Part shown: piece after piece, positions 1-8,634 of the stretch
Layout of the letters: every line of letters begins with the position of its first letter
Position numbering within the stretch: position 1 is the stretch's first letter
Assembly (NCBI GenBank): GCA_030694005.1
Contig: JAUXZG010000224.1
Span: 1 to 43,587 of the forward strand
Direction of reading: 5' to 3'
Source of the DNA: Desulfobaccales bacterium
Lineage (GTDB): Bacteria; Desulfobacterota; Desulfobaccia; Desulfobaccales; 0-14-0-80-60-11
Length of the DNA stretch: 43,587 bases
The notes under the pieces: model-generated
Seen by the model: the letters and a program-made list of their open reading frames with translations, nothing else
Databases searched by the model: none
What the model was told of the DNA's origin: nothing
Translations under genes and position numbers: made by a program

Positions 1-202
1 GGGGGAACGCGGTTCCCCCACCCTCCCCACAAACTCCCCCCCCCACCCCCTTTATGTCAGCCGGGGAAGGCTGGGCCAAAGGCCCCGCCTTCCCCGGCTT
101 ATTAACCCCCTTGAGGGATTGGGGGTGGGGGTTTGGGGGAGGGGGCAGGGGCCAGTGGCACAGGCTTCCAGCCTGTGAAGCCCCTTAGCCCCCTCCCCCA
201 AA
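1..202. repeat. Composite G/C-rich palindromic intergenic repeat (family A), with a REP hairpin nested at 155-177
   Basis: 28-nt core AGGGATTGGGGGTGGGGGTTTGGGGGAG at 114-141 is identical at 1783-1810 and near-identical at 23344-23371 (reverse) and 30921-30948; several internal hairpins. Confidence 0.85.
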
Positions 203-214
203 TCATTTCCTTCC

Positions 215-1681
215 CTACCCTCCCTCGCCCCGGATGCGGTTGATGAGGCCGGAGGTGGAGGTCGGGTCGGTCACCGGCAGCAGCCTAATCTCGCCCCCGT
301 AAGCCTGAACGATCTCTCTTCCGGCCACCTGTTCTTCCGGGTAATTGCTGCCTTTGGTTAGGACGTCGGGTTTCAGATCCTCAAGGATCTGGGGGAGCTG
401 GTGGGTGTCGAAAAGGGTGACATAGTCCACCGCTTGAAGCGCCGCCAGGATGCGCAGGCGCTCTGCTTCCCCGATGACCGGCCGGCCCGGCCCTTTCACC
501 TGGCGCGCCGAGGCGTCGGAGTCCACCGCCACCACCAGGGCGTCGCCTAAGCGCCGGGAGTCTTCCAGGAATTTTATATGCCCCCCGTGGAGCAGGTCAA
601 AACAGCCGTTGGTGAACACTAGCCTTTTGCCCTGGGCCTGCAGGTAGGAGACCGTAAGACGCAACTCCGGCAGGCTGACGATCTTTTCTTCCAGGCGGGT
701 CCCCTTACGGCCCAGTTCCCTTTCCAGTTCCGTCCTAAAGATAGGGGCGGTGCCCACCTTACCCACCACCACGCCCGCGGCCAGGTTGGCCAGGGTGGCA
801 GCCAGGACCGGGTCGCCCCACTGGGCCAGCCCCAGGGCCATCAGGGCCACCACCGTGTCCCCGGCTCCAGAGACATCAAAGACCTCCCGGGGTTCAGCCG
901 GGATATGCCGCGGCGGCCCTTTTCGGGGAAACAGGAGCATGCCTTCCGGCCCTAAAGTGATCAACAGGTGGTCAAGTTCGAGGGACTGCCGCAGCCGAAC
1001 GCCAGCCTGCACCAAATCCTCCCAGCGGGCCAGAGAATGACCCACGGCCAGCTCAGCTTCCTTGCGGTTGGGGGTGATTACCGTGGCCTGGGCGTAAGGG
1101 GAGTAATCCGCGCCTTTGGGGTCCACCACCACCGGCAGCCCCTGGGCCCGCCCGCGCCGAATCAAGTCCTTAAGCAGGTGGGGAGTAAGCGTGCCTTTGT
1201 CGTAATCGGACAGAACCAGGGCCTGGATAAAGGGAAGACGCTCCTCAAAATATTTCCGGGCAGACTCTGCGAAGGCGGGCGGCGCCGGCAAACGGCTTTC
1301 CTGATCGATGCGCACCACCTGCTGGGAATTGCCGATGACCCGGGTCTTTAAGGAGGTGCGGCGCCCCGGGTCTGAAAAGAGGCCCTCCGGGGCTACCCCC
1401 AGCCTGGTCAGCTCCTGGCGCAACAGATGGGCGGCATTATCCTGGCCCACCAACCCCAGGACTTCCACCTGGGCTCCTAGAGCCACCAGGTTGTTGACCA
1501 CATTGCCGGCGCCCCCCAGGGTGCGGGTCTCCCGCTCCACCTCGATCACCGGCACCGGGGCCTCCGGGGAAATGCGCTCTACCCGCCCCCAGAGGTACTC
1601 ATCCAACATGAAATCCCCGGCCACCAACACCCTGAGAGCGGCAAATCCCCCTAAATCCAGACGCCGGAGACGCTCATCCAT
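215..1681 (-). CDS. hldE: Bifunctional heptose-7-phosphate kinase / heptose-1-phosphate adenylyltransferase (488 aa)
   Basis: GDFMLDEY...RISPEAPVPV and DVSGAGDTV (PfkB kinase) plus FTNGCFDLLHGGH (cytidylyltransferase-like). Start moved to ATG 1681 after AAGGGAG; the longer ORF start lies in a repeat. Confidence 0.95.
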   Translation of the reverse strand: MDERLRRLDLGGFAALRVLVAGDFMLDEYLWGRVERISPEAPVPVIEVERETRTLGGAGNVVNNLVALGAQVEVLGLVGQDNAAHLLRQELTRLGVAPEGLFSDPGRRTSLKTRVIGNSQQVVRIDQESRLPAPPAFAESARKYFEERLPFIQALVLSDYDKGTLTPHLLKDLIRRGRAQGLPVVVDPKGADYSPYAQATVITPNRKEAELAVGHSLARWEDLVQAGVRLRQSLELDHLLITLGPEGMLLFPRKGPPRHIPAEPREVFDVSGAGDTVVALMALGLAQWGDPVLAATLANLAAGVVVGKVGTAPIFRTELERELGRKGTRLEEKIVSLPELRLTVSYLQAQGKRLVFTNGCFDLLHGGHIKFLEDSRRLGDALVVAVDSDASARQVKGPGRPVIGEAERLRILAALQAVDYVTLFDTHQLPQILEDLKPDVLTKGSNYPEEQVAGREIVQAYGGEIRLLPVTDPTSTSGLINRIRGEGG

Positions 1682-1710
1682 GGTTTGCTCCCTTGGTGTG
1701 AGGAATGGTA

Positions 1711-1850
1711 GTGGGGGGAGGGCCAGGGAACTGAGTTCCCTGCCCTCCCCCCACACCCCCCTCCCAACCCGCTCAAAACTTAAGGGATTGGGGGTGGGGG
1801 TTTGGGGGAGGATTGTAAGCGGGCCAGCGGCCCTTAGCCCCCTCACCCAA
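1711..1850. repeat. Family A repeat
   Basis: Hairpin GTGGGGGGAGGGCCAGGGA...TCCCTGCCCTCCCCCCAC, 28-nt core, and CCCTTAGCCCCCTC end. Confidence 0.85.
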
Positions 1851-1863
1851 AAACCTCACTCCC

Positions 1864-3195
1864 CTACCCTTCCACTTTCTGGCCGATGTGGAAGTAAGTA
1901 AATCCCAGTTTAGCCATCTTGGCCGGGTTGTAGATATTGCGGCCGTCAAAGATAACCGGGGTTTTCATCAGGGATTTCATCCGGTCGAAATCCGGTTCCC
2001 GAAATTTGGTCCATTCGGTGGCGATGAGCAGGGCCTCGGCCCCCTCCAGGGCCTCGTAGCCGGTGGCGGTAAAGCTGATGGCCCGGTTCTCCCCCAGGTA
2101 CTGGCGGGTGGCCGGTATAGCCTGGGGATCATAGGCTTTGAGGCGCACCCCCATCTCCAACAGCCTGGAAATGAGGGTGAGGGCCGGGGCCTCCCGGATA
2201 TCATCCGTCTGGGGCTTGAAGGAGAGGCCCCAGAGGGCGAAGACCCGCCCTTTGAGCTCATCCTTATAATATTTCAGGATGGTGTCGATAAAAATGGCGC
2301 GTTGATCTAGATTAACGGCTTCCGCGGCCGCCAGCAGGCGGGGGGTATAACCCCGGGACTGGGCGGTATGGATCAGGGCCTGCATATCTTTGGGGAAGCA
2401 AGAACCGCCGTAGCCCAGCCCGGGGAAGAGGAACAGGTTGCCGATGCGGGGGTCCGAGCCGATACCCTGGCGCACCATGGCGATATCCGCGCCGGTGCGG
2501 GCGCAGATGTTGGCCATCTCATTGATAAAAGAAATTTTGGTGGCCAGAAAGGCGTTGGCGGCGTACTTGGTCAATTCCGCCGAGACCACGTCCATGATGA
2601 TGATGGGATGGTTGGTGCGCACAAAGGGGGCATAGAGTTCCTTCATCAGCTCCGCCACCCGGACATCGTCGCAGCCCGCGACGATGCGATCCGGCTTCAT
2701 GAAATCATCCAGGGCCGTGCCTTCTTTGAGGAACTCCGGGTTAGAGACCACGTCAAATTCTAAGTTCTCTCCCCGGGCTTTAAGTTCTTTAGAAATGACC
2801 TGCCGGACTTGCGCGGCGGTGCCCACCGGTACGGTGGATTTCTCCACAATCACCTTATAGCCGTTCATGTGGCGGCCGATATCTTTGGCCACCTGCAGCA
2901 CCATGGACAGATCGGCGGAGCCGTCCTGATCCTGAGGGGTGCCCACCGCGACGAAGATGACCAGGCTTTCTTGGACTGCGGAGGCCAGCTCCGTGGTGAA
3001 AAACAGGCGTTTTTCCTGACAATTGCGCTTTACATAATCATCCAAGCCGGGTTCATAGATGGGGATGCGCCCTTTTCTCAAGGCCTTCACCTTGGCAGCA
3101 TCCGCATCTACACAGATCACTTCATTGCCCATCTCGGCAAAGCAGGCCGCGGTCACCAGGCCCACATAGCCTGCGCCGATTATTGCCAGTTTCAT
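1864..3195 (-). CDS. ugd: UDP-glucose 6-dehydrogenase (443 aa)
   Basis: GAGYVGL Rossmann motif, SNPEFLKEG, GYGGSCFPKD catalytic Cys; SD GGAGG upstream. Confidence 0.95.
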   Translation of the reverse strand: MKLAIIGAGYVGLVTAACFAEMGNEVICVDADAAKVKALRKGRIPIYEPGLDDYVKRNCQEKRLFFTTELASAVQESLVIFVAVGTPQDQDGSADLSMVLQVAKDIGRHMNGYKVIVEKSTVPVGTAAQVRQVISKELKARGENLEFDVVSNPEFLKEGTALDDFMKPDRIVAGCDDVRVAELMKELYAPFVRTNHPIIIMDVVSAELTKYAANAFLATKISFINEMANICARTGADIAMVRQGIGSDPRIGNLFLFPGLGYGGSCFPKDMQALIHTAQSRGYTPRLLAAAEAVNLDQRAIFIDTILKYYKDELKGRVFALWGLSFKPQTDDIREAPALTLISRLLEMGVRLKAYDPQAIPATRQYLGENRAISFTATGYEALEGAEALLIATEWTKFREPDFDRMKSLMKTPVIFDGRNIYNPAKMAKLGFTYFHIGQKVEG

Positions 3196-3240
3196 AAGAT
3201 TTCCTTACCTCCTTGGCGGTACCGTCTTTTAGGCCTCAAC

Positions 3241-5523
3241 TCAGAAAGAATCCGGGCTTTCTTGGCCGCGCTTGCCCTCTTCCGGGAAGCGCACCGGCGA
3301 CCGTTTTAATCTCTCACCTAATCCTGGGATGAAAAAGGTAAACCCGACTCTCTTATCGTCCGGCCGTTCGGTGTAAGAGAGAACCACTCCCAGGCATTGG
3401 CGTTGCAAAACCAGTCCATATCGCTTTTCCAATCTTTTGTCGGTTTGAAAAGTATGGCCGTAGGTGACCCAGGTTTTCACCGACTGCATAAGATTTAAAT
3501 AGGTCATCACATTAATTTGTTGGGCGAAATCTTTAATAAAAATGTAATCCAGGCTCAGAAAATTCTGCTTCCGGGCGTCTTGGAGAACCGCCTTGAAATT
3601 GGCTCTGCTAAACCCATCCTCGTAAGTAGAGACCCCCATGCCCATCCCCAAAGTAATTTGCCGGAAAGGATTATATTCCGCCTCCCCCAAGAAGTCGGAG
3701 AAGCGGTGGTGGCGCAGGTTGGTGCCGTCCAGGGCCATGCTGGAAGTGTTGAAGAAGGCGCTCTGGCTCAGACGCAGCCAGAGGAGGTCCGTCACCGTGG
3801 CCTGCCCCTGGCGGTTCTGGTCGCGCTTCAAGATATCGCTGCCGATACTGTAGGTCAGGGCATTCACGCCTCCCAAGGGGTCGTCCCCCTCCCGCACCGG
3901 CAGGTTGCGGTTAGCCTTTACCACCCAACCCTGATCAAAGGGTTCGAAGTTGGGATAACGATTGGCCTCATAACGGGGCATATTCCAATAGGTTACTTCT
4001 GGACGCAGGATATGCCGATAAAATCGGGTGGCCCCGGCTTCCCGACCGTAATCCCGGGACCAGGCGCTGGCTAAAGAAACCTTGGAATCAAAGAGCTGGC
4101 GATCGATATATTGCTCCGGAGGAGCCTCCCGGCCGGTGGGGTCTGTCTGGAGTTTCCCCTGGTTGCTGTGGTCCACCCGAAACAGGGTCTCCCTAAAACC
4201 CGTTCGGGAGCTGAAGGAGAGGCCGGCTAGGGGCTGACCTTGCAGCCACAATTGGGGATGAAGGTCCAGACGGTCGCCGTTCATGCCATGGTCCTGATGA
4301 AAATAGCCATAGGAGGAATCCAGACCCACGAACAGCGGCAAGTTCCCCAGGCGCTGGGGAACGCTCTGCAGGGCCACTCCGGGCAGTCTCTGGTAAGGGC
4401 GTGGATCAGTCTGGTCCAGTCTCTGGTAATAACGGCCATAGGCGGTGAGATTGGCCCAGGAAAAATTGCGGGCCACCAGGAGGTTGGAAACCCGAGTGGG
4501 CACCTCCTCTTGTTCCAGGTCCCGGCCCATTTCCTGGACAAGGTCCCGGGAATAACGATTGAGGCCCATATAGCCGAAATTAAAGTCTTTGAGATAGGCG
4601 GCGTCGCTGACATGGTCCACGGTGAGGCGCATACTGACATCGTTGGGCAAGTCTTGATTCGTCATCCCCGCGGCCCAATAACGGTGAGGGGTAGGGACTT
4701 TCTGAAATTCATGGTCACTCAAGTAGAAGAGACGGAAGTTACTGGCCGTATCCTGGTGCCCCCGCTGGCGAAACTCCCCGCCCTGCATATACCCCCGATT
4801 GGTTAGATAGGTCTGATAAAAAGTGGCATCGGCATGATTGTTTATGGCCCAATAAAAGGGGAGTTCCACTACCGTGCCGCCGGCCCGGTGCTGCCCGAAA
4901 GAAGGCATGAGAAACCCGGTCTGACGGGTGGTCATGACCGGCAAGACGGCAAAAGGGACATAGAGGACCGGCACTCCCGACACCCGCACCAGATTATCCC
5001 GGCTGGTGGCATAGCCCTCCAGGACCACGGTGAGAGTGCGGGCCGAAAAACTCCAGGCCGGCAGGTCCGCATCGCAAGTGGTGACCACCGACCTCTCGGC
5101 ATAATAGGAATTTTCGCCGACTTTGCGGATCAAGGCGCTTTCTATGCGGAAGTGGTTTCTTTTCAAAAAGAGCCGGGCCTCGTGCATCTCGCCACAGCGG
5201 GTGGCCAGGTTGAATTGCCCCTCCTGGCCGGTAAAGATATCTTCCTCCATGACTATCACCACATTGCCCTGTAACCAAGCACTTTTGGTGACCTCATTGA
5301 CCAGGACCCGGTCGGCGCTGAGACGCCGGTCACCCTGCCGGATCTCTACGCGCCCCTGGGCCTCATAAGTATGGGCCTCGGTGTCATAAGTAAGTTTCTC
5401 CGCCCGGATCCTCCAGGGGCCGCCTTCAAAGCGTTCAGACTTGAAGAGCTCCAGCTCCGCGGCCCCGGCGCTGCCCAGGCTTAGCAAAAAAACCAGAACC
5501 CCCCAGATCCAGTACCGTAACAT
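3241..5523 (-). CDS. lptD: LPS-assembly outer-membrane protein LptD-like (760 aa)
   Basis: Signal peptide, OstA-like N-terminus, TTC...PAW motif, RQTGFLMPSFG, LPFYWAI, C-terminal QC in a beta-barrel-like region. Confidence 0.85.
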   Translation of the reverse strand: MLRYWIWGVLVFLLSLGSAGAAELELFKSERFEGGPWRIRAEKLTYDTEAHTYEAQGRVEIRQGDRRLSADRVLVNEVTKSAWLQGNVVIVMEEDIFTGQEGQFNLATRCGEMHEARLFLKRNHFRIESALIRKVGENSYYAERSVVTTCDADLPAWSFSARTLTVVLEGYATSRDNLVRVSGVPVLYVPFAVLPVMTTRQTGFLMPSFGQHRAGGTVVELPFYWAINNHADATFYQTYLTNRGYMQGGEFRQRGHQDTASNFRLFYLSDHEFQKVPTPHRYWAAGMTNQDLPNDVSMRLTVDHVSDAAYLKDFNFGYMGLNRYSRDLVQEMGRDLEQEEVPTRVSNLLVARNFSWANLTAYGRYYQRLDQTDPRPYQRLPGVALQSVPQRLGNLPLFVGLDSSYGYFHQDHGMNGDRLDLHPQLWLQGQPLAGLSFSSRTGFRETLFRVDHSNQGKLQTDPTGREAPPEQYIDRQLFDSKVSLASAWSRDYGREAGATRFYRHILRPEVTYWNMPRYEANRYPNFEPFDQGWVVKANRNLPVREGDDPLGGVNALTYSIGSDILKRDQNRQGQATVTDLLWLRLSQSAFFNTSSMALDGTNLRHHRFSDFLGEAEYNPFRQITLGMGMGVSTYEDGFSRANFKAVLQDARKQNFLSLDYIFIKDFAQQINVMTYLNLMQSVKTWVTYGHTFQTDKRLEKRYGLVLQRQCLGVVLSYTERPDDKRVGFTFFIPGLGERLKRSPVRFPEEGKRGQESPDSF

Positions 5524-5689
5524 CCCTATCTCCTGAAGGCCGTGACTCCTGGAATCGCCGGATCATACCACATGGCCCCCCCATCTTTCAAAAAAGTCGT
5601 GGCCTGGGTGAGCCAAGACTTTTTCAGGAACTAGAAAGCGGCAGAGCCTGGGCCTCAGCAATGGAAGGGCCCCTCGCCACCAACCGCGG

Positions 5690-5718
5690 TTGCAGGGGTG
5701 GGCGTCCTGGCGTATAAT
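5690..5718 (+). promoter_or_regulatory. Candidate sigma70 promoter for tRNA-Arg
   Basis: TTGCAG-17 nt-TATAAT about 75 bp upstream of the tRNA. Confidence 0.5.
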
Positions 5719-5792
5719 AGCAGGCACCGGCCGGGAAGCCAGGGTTATTTACAGCCGCGGTACTCTGGCTGGAAATCTTCGATGGTAATCTT

Positions 5793-5871
5793 GCCCCCGT
5801 AGCTCAGTAATGGATAGAGCAAGGGATTCCTAATCCCTGTGTCCCGAGTTCGAGTCTCGGCGGGGGCGCCA
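5793..5871 (+). tRNA. tRNA-Arg, anticodon CCT
   Basis: Acceptor GCCCCCG/CGGGGGC plus GCCA, D-arm GCTC/GAGC, anticodon arm AGGGA-TTCCTAA-TCCCT, T-loop GTTCGAGT. Confidence 0.97.
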
Positions 5872-5875
5872 TTAA

Positions 5876-5888
5876 TATCAATAAGTTA
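5876..5888 (+). promoter_or_regulatory. IHF-binding consensus site next to the tRNA 3' end
   Basis: TATCAATAAGTTA matches WATCAANNNNTTR exactly. Confidence 0.5.
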
Positions 5889-5971
5889 AACAAAACCTAA
5901 CCCCCCCCTGGGGGCAGCTCAGACCGACTAGGTCGACATCGGCAGAATCTAATTTCCGGTTAAAATTTTTA

Positions 5972-5987
5972 TGGCATATAACTTGCT
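5972..5987 (+). promoter_or_regulatory. sigma54 (-24/-12) promoter upstream of the activator gene
   Basis: TGGCATATAACTTGCT, GG-N10-GC spacing, in AT-rich intergenic DNA. Confidence 0.75.
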
Positions 5988-6103
5988 TAAATATATTATA
6001 ATATTATGGAAGACTAATGTCGGATTTCCTGCCTATCTAAAAGCTTAAGAGAGAGAGACCCACCACGCCGACATAGCCCTTCCCCAATCTTTGGGCACTC
6101 GCT

Positions 6104-7777
6104 ATGGATGCAGATTGTGGGATATTGGTGGTAAGTCGCCACGGTAAGCTGTTGGCCGCCAACCCCATGGCGGAGTCCCTTCTCGCTCGCCCTCTGCCCT
6201 CCGGTAGTCTCCTGGAGGCCGATTGCTCGCTGACCCGTTCCCTCTCCCGGTATGGCCACCCCATCTGGGAAATGCTGAGTCGTGGGGAGGAAGAACACGG
6301 ACTGTTGCAGGTAGATGAGCTAACGGGAACCGGCATTTTTTACAGGTGCATCCCCCTTTTCAACGAGGAGAATATGGTCACGGGCACGGTCATCACCTTG
6401 GAAAGAAGGAGTGACAAAGCCCTGAGCCAGGCCCTTAATTTCCTGGGTCTGACCCCCGATGAGATCATGGACCAGATTCCGGAGGGGGTGTTTGTGGTAA
6501 ACACCCGGTGGCAACTCAGTTATTTTAACCACACCGCCCAGGAAATCACCGGGTATTCCCGGGACGAAGCCATGGGCAAGTTTTGCTGGGACATCTTCCG
6601 GACCGAGCTGTGTCACAAGAAATGCCCTATGCGCATCTCCATGAGCACCGGCCAGGCCCTGATGGACCAGGAAGTGGAAATCCTCACCAAATCGGGTCAA
6701 AAAAAATTGATCCTGCTTAATACCGCGCAGATCAAAAAGCCGGGCAACCGGGTGCTGGGAGGGGTGCAGACCTTTCGCGACCTGAGCGGCCTCCAGTACC
6801 CAGAGGAAGGGAAGGGTCGTGAGGTTATTGCAGACATCGTGGGGGTCAGTCCCCGGATGCAGGAAATTATCCAAAGCCTTCCCATCATTGCCGCCTCCGA
6901 CTCCAATGTGCTGATCCTGGGCGAGTCGGGAACCGGCAAAGAGCTCATCGCCCGGGCCATTCACCTGCTGAGCCCCAGGCGTAAAGGGCCCTTTCAGGCC
7001 ATCAATTGTTCGGCGATCCCGGAGACTTTACTGGAGTCCGAGCTTTTTGGCTACGAGCGGGGGGCTTTCACGGGGGCCGTGAGCAGCAAGGCGGGAAAGT
7101 TTGAGTTGGCCAAGGGCGGCACGCTATTTCTGGATGAGATCGGCGACCTCCGGCCGGAGCTCCAGGTGAAGCTGCTGAGGGTGTTGGAGGGTAGAGGCTT
7201 CGAGCGGGTGGGCGGCAATCGGAAAATCCCCCTGGAGGCCAGGATTGTTGCGGCCACCAATGTGGAACTGCAGGAAGCCATGCGACAGGGCCGGTTCCGG
7301 GACGACCTTTACTACCGGCTCTTCACCGTGCCCATCCACCTGCCGCCCCTGCGGGAAAAGCGGGAAGATATCCCCATCCTCGTCAAGTACTTCCTGGAAC
7401 AGCTCAACCAAAAATTTAACAAGAGAATCAGGGGGGTGGACCCCAAGGTGATGAAAATTTTCTGCCGCCACCCCTGGCCCGGCAATGTGCGGGAAATGCA
7501 GCATGTCTTGGAATACTGCTTCGTCTTTGCCAAGGGCCCCTTCATCACCGAGCGTCATCTGCCTCACCTGGAAAGCGCCTGGGCCGGCAGAGAACTGGAG
7601 TCGCTGGATAGTTCCCTCAGCCCCTTACAGGCACTAGAACGAGAAACCATCCTCAAGGCCCTGGAGCGCGTGTACGGCAGCAAGCACGAGGCGGCTCGGG
7701 TGCTGCAAATCAGCCGCAGCAAGCTGTGGAGAAAAATGCGGTCCTATGAGATCAGGGATGCTGAATTTAAAAAATGA
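6104..7777 (+). CDS. PAS-domain sigma54-dependent enhancer-binding activator (557 aa)
   Basis: PAS (FNHTAQEITGYS..E..GK.C), Walker A GESGTGKE, ESELFGYERGAFTGA, LFLDEIGD, WPGNVRE, Fis-type HTH AARVLQISRSKLWRKM; no receiver domain. Confidence 0.95.
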   Translation: MDADCGILVVSRHGKLLAANPMAESLLARPLPSGSLLEADCSLTRSLSRYGHPIWEMLSRGEEEHGLLQVDELTGTGIFYRCIPLFNEENMVTGTVITLERRSDKALSQALNFLGLTPDEIMDQIPEGVFVVNTRWQLSYFNHTAQEITGYSRDEAMGKFCWDIFRTELCHKKCPMRISMSTGQALMDQEVEILTKSGQKKLILLNTAQIKKPGNRVLGGVQTFRDLSGLQYPEEGKGREVIADIVGVSPRMQEIIQSLPIIAASDSNVLILGESGTGKELIARAIHLLSPRRKGPFQAINCSAIPETLLESELFGYERGAFTGAVSSKAGKFELAKGGTLFLDEIGDLRPELQVKLLRVLEGRGFERVGGNRKIPLEARIVAATNVELQEAMRQGRFRDDLYYRLFTVPIHLPPLREKREDIPILVKYFLEQLNQKFNKRIRGVDPKVMKIFCRHPWPGNVREMQHVLEYCFVFAKGPFITERHLPHLESAWAGRELESLDSSLSPLQALERETILKALERVYGSKHEAARVLQISRSKLWRKMRSYEIRDAEFKK

Positions 7778-7925
7778 GACGCCTTTTGCAATTGTGCCAC
7801 ATTTCTTTAAAGACCTAACTATCAGATTTAACAGAATTTAATTAATAAATGCCCTAATTTGTTTTAATTTCGCTCATTTTTTGCCCCGCCCAATTTTTCT
7901 CTCTTTTCAAAAATAATCTTCTCTT

Positions 7926-7943
7926 AAAATTTCGCGACATTTT
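7926..7943. promoter_or_regulatory. Near-perfect palindrome, candidate upstream activator site
   Basis: AAAATTTCGCGACATTTT (one mismatched pair) about 150 bp upstream of the sigma54 site at 8091. Confidence 0.35.
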
Positions 7944-8090
7944 GCCTTTTTGATAACTATATGAATATGCTGGTATTATTTGATATGCTTTAAAAGATGT
8001 TTTAATTCCGCCCACTTTTATTCCTGCCTGAAAGTTCAATATCTCTCCGCCATCGCCAAAAAACTAATGATGTCAATGTGATAAGCTATT

Positions 8091-8106
8091 TGGCCCCCTC
8101 TTTGCT
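8091..8106 (+). promoter_or_regulatory. sigma54 promoter of the redox operon
   Basis: TGGCCCCCTCTTTGCT with GG-N10-GC spacing, ending 40 bp before the GTG start. Confidence 0.7.
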
Positions 8107-8145
8107 CTTATAGGAAGCAAAAGAGAGCCAAAAGGAGATAGGACC

Positions 8146-8610
8146 GTGAGCGTATCTTTCGAAAAAATTGAAGCCATATTGGACCGTTTCCCGCCGCAGC
8201 CGGAACATCTGGTCAGCGCTTTCCAGGAGATCCAAGCCGAGTTCAAGTATATTCCCGCGGACGCCTTCAATGCGGTGTGCGATCACCTGGGGGTGCCTCG
8301 GTCGCAAGGCTGGGCGGTGGCCACCTTTTTCAAGTCTTTCAGTTTTGAGCCTAAGGGAATCCATGAGATCAAGGTCTGTCTGGGCACCGCCTGTCACCTT
8401 AAGGGCGGGGCCCGCCTGGTAGAGGGCCTGGAACGGGAACTGAAGGTGGAACGGGGCCATACCACCGGTGACTTACTCTTTACCTTGGATACGGTCAACT
8501 GTGTGGGAGCCTGCGCTCTGGCCCCGGTAGTGGTAGTGGGTGAAGAGTATCAAGCCAATACCAATTCCCGGAAGCTCAAAAAGCATCTGAAAAAGGTTGC
8601 GGCTGAGTAG
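8146..8610 (+). CDS. NuoE/HydC/BamG-like [2Fe-2S] subunit (154 aa)
   Basis: VATFF, VCLGTACHLKG, VNCVGACALAP; SD AAGGAG. Confidence 0.92.
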   Translation: MSVSFEKIEAILDRFPPQPEHLVSAFQEIQAEFKYIPADAFNAVCDHLGVPRSQGWAVATFFKSFSFEPKGIHEIKVCLGTACHLKGGARLVEGLERELKVERGHTTGDLLFTLDTVNCVGACALAPVVVVGEEYQANTNSRKLKKHLKKVAAE

Positions 8611-8634
8611 AACCCGCACACAAGGGGTGAGGTC

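Noticed and set aside
1682-1846. Long N-terminal extensions in the ORF track for hldE (also bioC, livF, malic enzyme, beta-barrel)
   Set aside because: They translate repeat or leader DNA; downstream ATGs fit family N-termini and mostly have SD sequences
7786-7800. Minus-strand TGGCACAATTGC as a sigma54 promoter
   Set aside because: GG-to-GC spacing is 7 nt rather than the required 10
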